DNA of 64,000 nucleotides from Fibrobacterales bacterium (GTDB lineage Bacteria; Fibrobacterota; Fibrobacteria; Fibrobacterales; JAOPTW01): NCBI GenBank assembly GCA_051532035.1, contig JAOPTW010000016.1, positions 64,001 to 128,000 of the forward strand, read 5' to 3'. Shown piece by piece: positions 62,446 to 64,000 of this stretch (position 1 is its first letter; each line of letters starts with the position of its first letter). The notes under the pieces were generated by a model. It saw only the letters and a program-made list of their open reading frames with translations, ran no database searches and was not told where the DNA came from. The position numbers and the translations under genes were made by a program.

Positions 62446-63045
62446 CTATAGACGGGAAAACATATTGATTAGACGTCCAACAAACCCATTTGGGGATGAA
62501 ATGGTGAAATAAAGCATCGAAACTGATAATGCAGACAACACCAGCACTGCATTAAATACAACATCTCTATGATCACTGATACTTTTTTGGAAATTTTTAA
62601 TTTTTTTAGACACTGATGAGCGGTCTTGTTTGAGTTGATCGGCAATCTCCTGATGAGACAACCCTTCTACAAAAGAAAGAACAACAACCTCTTTCAATTC
62701 ACCACTCAAAGATTTAAATATTTTCTCAAGAGTCATTTTAGCATCAGCCTGTTTACTCGTCATAAAACGAGGATCTTCAAATATATCTTCGAGATAATCA
62801 ACAGAGTCCTCTCGATTTCTTTGACACTTTCGATAATAATCAATACAGTGATTAACCGCAATCTTATGTAGCCAAGTGCCTGGTTGACTTTGTGAATTAA
62901 AAGCATCTATATTTTTATAGGCTTTTAAGAAGATCTCTTGTACGAGATCTTGTACCGTCTCTACCTCACGAGTGTAGCGCAAACAGACGCGATACACCAA
63001 ATTGGAATATTGGTTATATACTGATTCAAATGAGGTATCCAGCAT
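62446..63045 (-). CDS. ECF sigma factor with hydrophobic C-terminal extension (cluster 2)
   Basis: QDLVQEIFLK, TWLHKIAVNHCID and EGLSHQEIA; tail VVFNAVLVLSALSVSMLYFTI. Confidence 0.88.
   Translation of the reverse strand: MLDTSFESVYNQYSNLVYRVCLRYTREVETVQDLVQEIFLKAYKNIDAFNSQSQPGTWLHKIAVNHCIDYYRKCQRNREDSVDYLEDIFEDPRFMTSKQADAKMTLEKIFKSLSGELKEVVVLSFVEGLSHQEIADQLKQDRSSVSKKIKNFQKSISDHRDVVFNAVLVLSALSVSMLYFTISSPNGFVGRLINMFSRL
62468..62497 (-). promoter_or_regulatory. ECF-type promoter copy 5 (internal to the sigma gene, upstream of the anti-sigma gene)
   Basis: ATCCC-N17-CGTCTAAT. Confidence 0.65.
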
Positions 63046-63256
63046 TCTCTCCTACTGCATATGGGTATTTTGAAGAACTACAAATGTAGCTGAAATAGTG
63101 ACATTTTGATAACTACTACTGCATAATTTACATTCAAAAGGAATTCATGTAATTTCCATGTAAACTTCTTTAGGAAATCCTAATATAACCCAAATATAGC
63201 CTTACTGATTTCAACAAGAATTAATATTTTTACACACTTCTTTGAGAGAGAACCCC

Positions 63257-64000
63257 ATGTATCAAATACTAATTACTTTGTTGTTCTGTATATTTTCATT
63301 CACATCATGTGATGGTAAAATCAGCAATCCCAACTCTGACAACATAAAACCAATTTTAGATGTTAATGGCTATTCATCTATTCAAAGTGGAAGATTTACA
63401 AAACTTGCCAATATTCAAAATCCCAAAATCGCACTTGTATGGCAAGAAATGGATGGAGCAAAAATCAGTCGCTACCCCATCGAAATCATATCAAATGTCT
63501 CTCCTGCCGCACCATTTTCATTTTCAAGTAAGCTTCTAGAAAATCCTCCACTTTACATGAATGACTATCACAATATTTTTGTGGGAAATTTTTACCTCTA
63601 TTCAGACAACAATAAAAATCAAACTTTAGACATGTTAGTACATCCAGACTATGAACCATATATTGATTCATTATCAAAACTAAAACAAGACTTCATTCAT
63701 GAGAAACAAAAACTATTAGAATTATCTAACATAAATAAGCCAACACCAAGTGGCGAACGTTATTATATAACCAATGAAAGCAAACTATTATTTCATACTG
63801 AAACCGGCATTGATTCTTCTTGGTTTAAATCACCTCTTTTCAAAGGCATCGAGCCTGGAAAAATTTCACATCGTCGACAGCAATTACTTCAATGCTTGAA
63901 CAAATGGGAATCATTCCTTGGCTCACGAGCAAATATGGTAAGCGTCCAAACAGATACACTTCATCATAAACAACACAATTTACAACTTACTCAAAAATAT
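63257..64000 (+). CDS. Hypothetical lipoprotein, 3' end outside window
   Basis: MYQILITLLFCIFSFTSC lipobox; open frame (DGKISNP...PKIALVWQ...) divergent from the ECF gene. Confidence 0.65.
   Translation, partial: MYQILITLLFCIFSFTSCDGKISNPNSDNIKPILDVNGYSSIQSGRFTKLANIQNPKIALVWQEMDGAKISRYPIEIISNVSPAAPFSFSSKLLENPPLYMNDYHNIFVGNFYLYSDNNKNQTLDMLVHPDYEPYIDSLSKLKQDFIHEKQKLLELSNINKPTPSGERYYITNESKLLFHTETGIDSSWFKSPLFKGIEPGKISHRRQQLLQCLNKWESFLGSRANMVSVQTDTLHHKQHNLQLTQKY

Noticed and set aside
66..63677. Numerous short ORFs overlapping long genes in other frames or on the opposite strand
   Set aside because: They are shadow ORFs of well-supported genes, with no motifs.
1..64000. CRISPR array, tRNA, rRNA, integrase or intact transposase
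   Set aside because: No regularly spaced repeats, cloverleafs, rRNA-like tracts or DDE/tyrosine-recombinase motifs were seen by eye.

Overview
Bacterial chromosomal window, probably from the FCB group or Fibrobacterota. This placement is inferred from Ser/Glu-rich linkers, a T9SS-like C-terminal domain on a GH3 enzyme, and a Fibrobacter-type LexA box. Bases 1-45 kb are mostly ordinary genes: ettA 3' end, an MMPL/LolA-like/beta-barrel operon, GH3, mrfAB-like repair genes, rmuC, comM, glgX, trhP and transporters. This part also holds a radical SAM/SPASM enzyme beside a lipoprotein with five PxYG repeats, a His-less hybrid kinase, a sigma54-type promoter driving three spoVG paralogs plus comM, and one ECF sigma/anti-sigma/caspase/lipoprotein cluster. 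From about 45 kb the region looks accessory, with a structured repeat element, an AbiEi/AbiEii type IV TA pair and DUF4143 ATPases. The standout locus is 50.8-63 kb. Five ORFs (three secreted lipase-like alpha/beta hydrolases, one secreted trypsin, one hydrolase remnant) all end in the tail I(V/I)PTII(T/V)PLLL(N/Q)-stop. They are interspersed with two small secreted two-Cys proteins resembling AB5-toxin B subunits. Five copies of an ECF-type promoter, (T/A)TC(C/A)C-N17-CGTCTAAT, link these genes to an adjacent second ECF/anti-sigma/caspase module. My hypothesis is a protease-triggered, mix-and-match AB5-like effector system. No rRNA, tRNA, CRISPR array or intact transposase was seen. All family calls come from motif recognition; no database searches were run.
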